From a virus (lineage: Duplodnaviria > Caudoviricetes): DNA of 48,826 bases. Shown one piece after another: positions 46,377 through 48,826 of this stretch. The stretch spans positions 1-48,826 of IMG/VR virus record IMGVR_UViG_3300022895_000013, one strand, 5' to 3'. A program made the position numbers and the translations under genes. The stretch's first letter is position 1. Every line of letters starts with the position of its first letter. The notes under the pieces were generated by a model. The model did not search any database. It saw only the letters and a program-made list of their open reading frames with translations, and was not told the DNA's origin.

Positions 46377-48203
46377 CTATGCGGGTAAGGCTAATCCTTG
46401 TTTTCTTCCAAAAATTTTTCTCTTTTTGACCTGCTGCTCTACAGCTCTTTTTGCACGCTCGATCCTTCGCCGCAAGTCGAATTCTACAAAGCTAAATTCA
46501 CTCCAAAAAACGTCTGCGCCAAATAAATTGAAAGCCTGGCTTGCACCTATATGGTAATAATCGATGCCTCCAGCTCTCTTTTTTAATTGTGGTGTGGCAA
46601 TTTTTAAGAGTTCAGCTAGCTTGTGGCTAGGCATGTCTTCGCTAAATATTTTCTGACCAGTAAAAACCAGCAATCTTTCTGAAGCTATGTCCAGTTCGGT
46701 CGCCGTTGTACTGCGGCCGGACCAACCCATCATTGCGCCTTTATTGTTAATTAGGTAGGTGAAGTTGGTGTGTTTTTTAATTATGAATTGGAGTAAAAGT
46801 TTTTCGTTTCGTGATCTCGAAAGCTCCTCGATTTCATCTAGTCCGGCCTGAAAGTTTTTTAATATATAGTGTTTTGAGTACCGATATTGGTCGGCGTCTT
46901 CCAAGAAAAACAAAACATGTTGCCATAGGCTGTAGTTTTGAAAGGCGTCCTCGTAGAATAGATCTGATAATTCTTCCTCGCTGTGCATGATAAATGCGGC
47001 AGCATAGTAATCTAGAATACTTTTATGTAGGAAGGTAGTAAGGTCAAGGCCATCATCCAGCATTAAGCAGGCAACTTTTACAATGTCTTTTCTGAAATTG
47101 TCGACGTCGCATTCAGAGACGTCTGAGTACTCAAGGGCATTGATGAATGCAGTGTTGAATTCGGCTCTAGTCAAGCTTCTTCCGAAGTTTTCTTGAACAA
47201 TCATAAAGCAAAAAGATTCAAAAAGTCGAAGGAGTTTAGTCTCCGAAAGTCCGCTGTAGTGTTGCCTTGTAAAGCCGACCTTTAAACTATCGTGCCTCGT
47301 GAAAACCACATGAAATAACTTTTCGAAGAAGTCTCTAAGCGTAGATGGGATTTCTTGTTCTGACTCGTACACCCAGACGACTAAGGTCAGCATTAGAGGT
47401 GTGCTGATGATTTCTTTGACTGAGTCCGGTGCGGAATTGGTGGCAGCGATCAAAGATTCTCTTTTCACAGAGTCTAACTGGAGGCACTTTAAGAATGGTC
47501 CATAGTCATCTTCTGTCAGAGGAGTAAGATCTAGAACTTCAAAGCCTGCCATTTGTTGGATGCCGCTTCCTGGGCGAGATGAGACAATGATTTTAAGTTT
47601 CGGATAGCGACGCTGGAAATCATCAAGCTCAACTATCGTTTCGTTTAGACAGGATTCAATAATTTCGTCAAAACCGTCTAATAAAAGAACTAAGTATCCT
47701 TTCGAGGCAAGATATTTTACGCTGTCTTCAGTAACGGTTATGCCAAGTAGCTCAAGGTTGTCAAAAATTATCTGTTTGAGGCCTCTTTTTTGACTAATTT
47801 TTTGAAGCTCTATAAAAACAGGGATGTATGATTTTCCGACATCGTTAATGGCCGAACATGCTAGATGGCGCATAAACATAGATTTTCCTTGGCCGACAAT
47901 ACCTTGGATGACAATGTTTCCAATCGGAAGTTGGTCTATGTGGTCAATGCCAGCACCATTATTAATTTCGTCAATTTTTGAGGGGTAGTAAAAGTCTTTG
48001 ATGAACTTGCTTTTTCCAGAAGACTAAATTGTCTTCACAATGCCAATTTGTAAAAGGTGTTTTGCAATTTCTTCATTACTGTTGGTATTTGACCAATTTG
48101 AGAAACTTGCTTTCAAGGACTTGCTTGCACCGTTATAAGCAGCTCCGATCAGCGGTGAGAGTCCTCGAATAGTGGCGGCAGCCATACTGGCGGTTACTAT
48201 CAT
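46377..48203 (-). pseudogene. NACHT-family NTPase (bacterial NLR-like) interrupted by an in-frame TAG at 48024-48026
   Basis: ORFs 48024..48278 and 46377..47879 are in frame; the gap encodes Walker A GIVGQGKS; LLLDGFDE, SSRP, TPLML, FLHKSILDYYAA; AAGGA RBS before ATG 48203. Confidence 0.85.
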
Positions 48204-48595
48204 TCTGCAATTCCTTAGGATGCAATCAGTGGTGTCAGAATGCCACTGTCTCACTTTTTCTGATTGCTGGCCATACATTCGGCTCCATTCGGAAAGCTGA
48301 AACTGGGACGCATAGCAGGGCAGATGGATGGGATAATTTCGGTTTGATGCTGGGGGAAAGTAATTTTGTTTAGCTGAAGCGGAAAATGGGCTTCAGCCTT
48401 TATAGAGCTTTTTTTGACTCTCATAAACTCGCGCGAGCCGACGTTAGACAGTGTCGAGATTGGAGCCGAAGCCATTGCTTAAAATTTGCTAAGGCTGTTG
48501 GAAGAAGGGATCGGAGGGGGAGGAAGAGGTACGCAACTGGTACGCGGGTCTGGCGGCGAGGCGTTTAGGTCTTTATTTGCGGGAGGTGGAAGATT

Positions 48596-48618
48596 GGTCA
48601 GTCCAATCGATCATCGGT
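48596..48618. repeat. Outer dusA att copy (GGTCAGTCCAATCGATCATCGGT)
   Basis: 21/23 match to 189-211; minus strand reads SVGPMIDWTD versus Dus[11 protein letters not shown]. Confidence 0.8.
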
Positions 48619-48826
48619 CCGACCGAACTCCGTAGTAGAGCAAGCGCTTCACGAGTCACAAATCCCTGAGCTTGTTTAAATAAGTATTGTTGTAGTCATC
48701 CAAACCCTACACCACCTTGCGCCACCCCCTACACCTAAGACAGAATCCGCCGGCTTGTGCGTCTACCCCGTGGCTTTTATCGTTCTCGGGTCACTGAAAA
48801 CCAGTGATCGGGTTTGGTAGCCCGTG

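Larger units (their letters stand above)
43854..48618. mobile_element. Integrase-less dusA-island remnant with defence-like cargo
   Basis: Bounded by dusA att copies; right arm 48480-48618 resembles 43714-43856. Confidence 0.6.

Overview
A Pseudomonas-like chromosomal segment (host inferred from gene families) holding an apparently intact ~43.7-kb temperate prophage integrated in the 5' end of dusA. attL is at ~189-211 and the probable attR at ~43841-43853. The prophage has a dusA-associated tyrosine integrase, a lambdoid cI/cro/cII switch with CAAC-N5-GTTG operators, a Toprim-VapE primase-helicase, a lambda-type cos site and head genes, a P2-like contractile tail, and split lysis genes (holin before the terminase; GH19 endolysin and Rz/Rz1 after the tail). 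A DNA adenine methylase and umuDC each sit behind a LexA box. Right after umuC is a cargo region: Vsr + C5-methyltransferase + endonuclease, a membrane protein, and a RloC-like ABC ATPase. This cargo is divided by short arrays of a 24-bp imperfect palindrome repeating every 34 bp, which suggests a cassette-exchange hotspot and is the most unusual feature here. Beyond attR is a second, integrase-less dusA-island remnant (exported protein, DUF6602-like nuclease, NACHT NTPase broken by one TAG) ending in another degenerate dusA att copy at ~48596-48618. All calls are by eye from motifs and synteny; no searches were run.
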